This document shows, in pieces, positions 35,863 through 36,701 of a stretch of DNA of 36,701 bases. The number at the start of each line of letters is the position of its first letter. The stretch's first letter is position 1. The translations under genes were made by a program, and so were the position numbers. The stretch lies in NCBI GenBank assembly GCA_964368095.1, contig CAYIZT010000003.1:1257-37957 (forward strand), in the 5' to 3' direction. The notes beneath the pieces were generated by a model. That model made no database searches. It saw only the letters and a list, made by a program, of their open reading frames with translations, and was not told the DNA's origin. The stretch comes from an uncultured Methanosarcinales archaeon (GTDB taxonomy: Archaea; Nanobdellota; Nanobdellia; Woesearchaeales; GW2011-AR9).

Positions 35863-36701
35863 TTAAGCGTACAAATTAATTAACTTTCTTGCTAAATCAA
35901 GCGTAACTCTGATAACTTTTTTATCATCAGCATATCGTTGAGGATCGAACATTATTTCGGTAAATAAATCATTGCAAACTGCATTCAAAGCACGAGCACC
36001 AGTCTCTTGCGGGCAATATCCTGCTATTACTTCAGGCACTGCTGAATCTATCTCTACTTGATAACCTTTTAACGATAACAATTTAGTGTAATTAGTAATC
36101 GCAGATCTTTTAGTCGCAGTTAAAATTCTAACTTTATCTTCAATAGTAAGAGGACGAAGCACACCTAGAGATGGCAATCTTCCAACAAGTTCCGGCTTTA
36201 ATCCATAAGCAATCAAGTCTTCCGGTCGAACTTTTGGAATATCATACTCTTCACCATCATCTTTAGGTTTCTGTTGAACTACAAATCCCATTTGTTTTTG
36301 TCCTTTTCCTAATCTCTTACGGATGATACCCGATAATGAAGAATCTTTATCAGTACTTTGAAAAGCACCAGCAGTAACAAACAAAATATTTCTGGTGTTC
36401 AGTCCATTATATGCTTTTTTATTATCTTTCCTATCTGCAAGAATCGTTGATTCTTCTACCCAACCAATTAATTCATCTTGTAACCTTGGACCAAATCCAC
36501 TTCCACTACCCCACTCATCACGAGCTAATTTATCAATCTCATCAAAAAAGATAATTCCGTATGGGGCTTCTCCAGTTGTCATTGCCCGCATTTGTTCAAA
36601 CACAGTAGAAAGATTCTCTCCTTTGTATCCCTCAGTAGATTTTCCGGTTAATTTTGTTTGAACCATAGGCAAAGATGCTCTTTTTGCAAGCAATGAAACC
36701 A
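35863..36701 (-). CDS. ClpX-like AAA+ ATPase, 5'-truncated by the window edge
   Basis: GYKGE pore loop, Walker B IFFDEIDK, NILFVTAGAF, PEDLIAYGLKPELVGRLP and TGARAL. The frame is open to the window end and Walker A lies outside. Confidence 0.88.
   Translation of the reverse strand, partial: VSLLAKRASLPMVQTKLTGKSTEGYKGENLSTVFEQMRAMTTGEAPYGIIFFDEIDKLARDEWGSGSGFGPRLQDELIGWVEESTILADRKDNKKAYNGLNTRNILFVTAGAFQSTDKDSSLSGIIRKRLGKGQKQMGFVVQQKPKDDGEEYDIPKVRPEDLIAYGLKPELVGRLPSLGVLRPLTIEDKVRILTATKRSAITNYTKLLSLKGYQVEIDSAVPEVIAGYCPQETGARALNAVCNDLFTEIMFDPQRYADDKKVIRVTLDLARKLINLYA

Overview
Archaeal chromosomal segment, most consistent with a DPANN (Woesearchaeota-like) genome. That assignment is inferred from the gene set: radA, aRF1, aIF5A, L40e, NAC, Sec61beta, archaeal SecDF, Rpp21 and an archaeal RNase P RNA, with short intergenic spaces and TATA boxes. 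Most of the window is housekeeping (recombination, translation, protein export, proteolysis, redox, PEP synthase) with scattered orphan genes. Main observations: (1) a conserved ~130-150 bp non-coding module of ORB-like CCACTGGACA boxes ending in a TATA box occurs twice, 33 kb apart and inverted, upstream of an ssDNA-binding-like gene-radA operon and of a toxin-antitoxin-like pair, suggesting a shared, possibly DNA-damage, regulon; (2) aRF1 is split immediately after its catalytic GGQ by a 505-aa intein with an XRE-HTH and a LAGLIDADG endonuclease; (3) there is a MITE with terminal inverted repeats and a near-perfect target duplication, an IS200/IS605-like palindromic mini-element, two candidate structured RNAs, and an (AAT)8 plus G9 repeat promoter on a lipoprotein gene. 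Two small genes absent from the ORF track (Sec61beta, L40e) and the RNase P RNA were read directly from the sequence. No CRISPR array, tRNA or rRNA was seen. All calls are by eye, without database searches.
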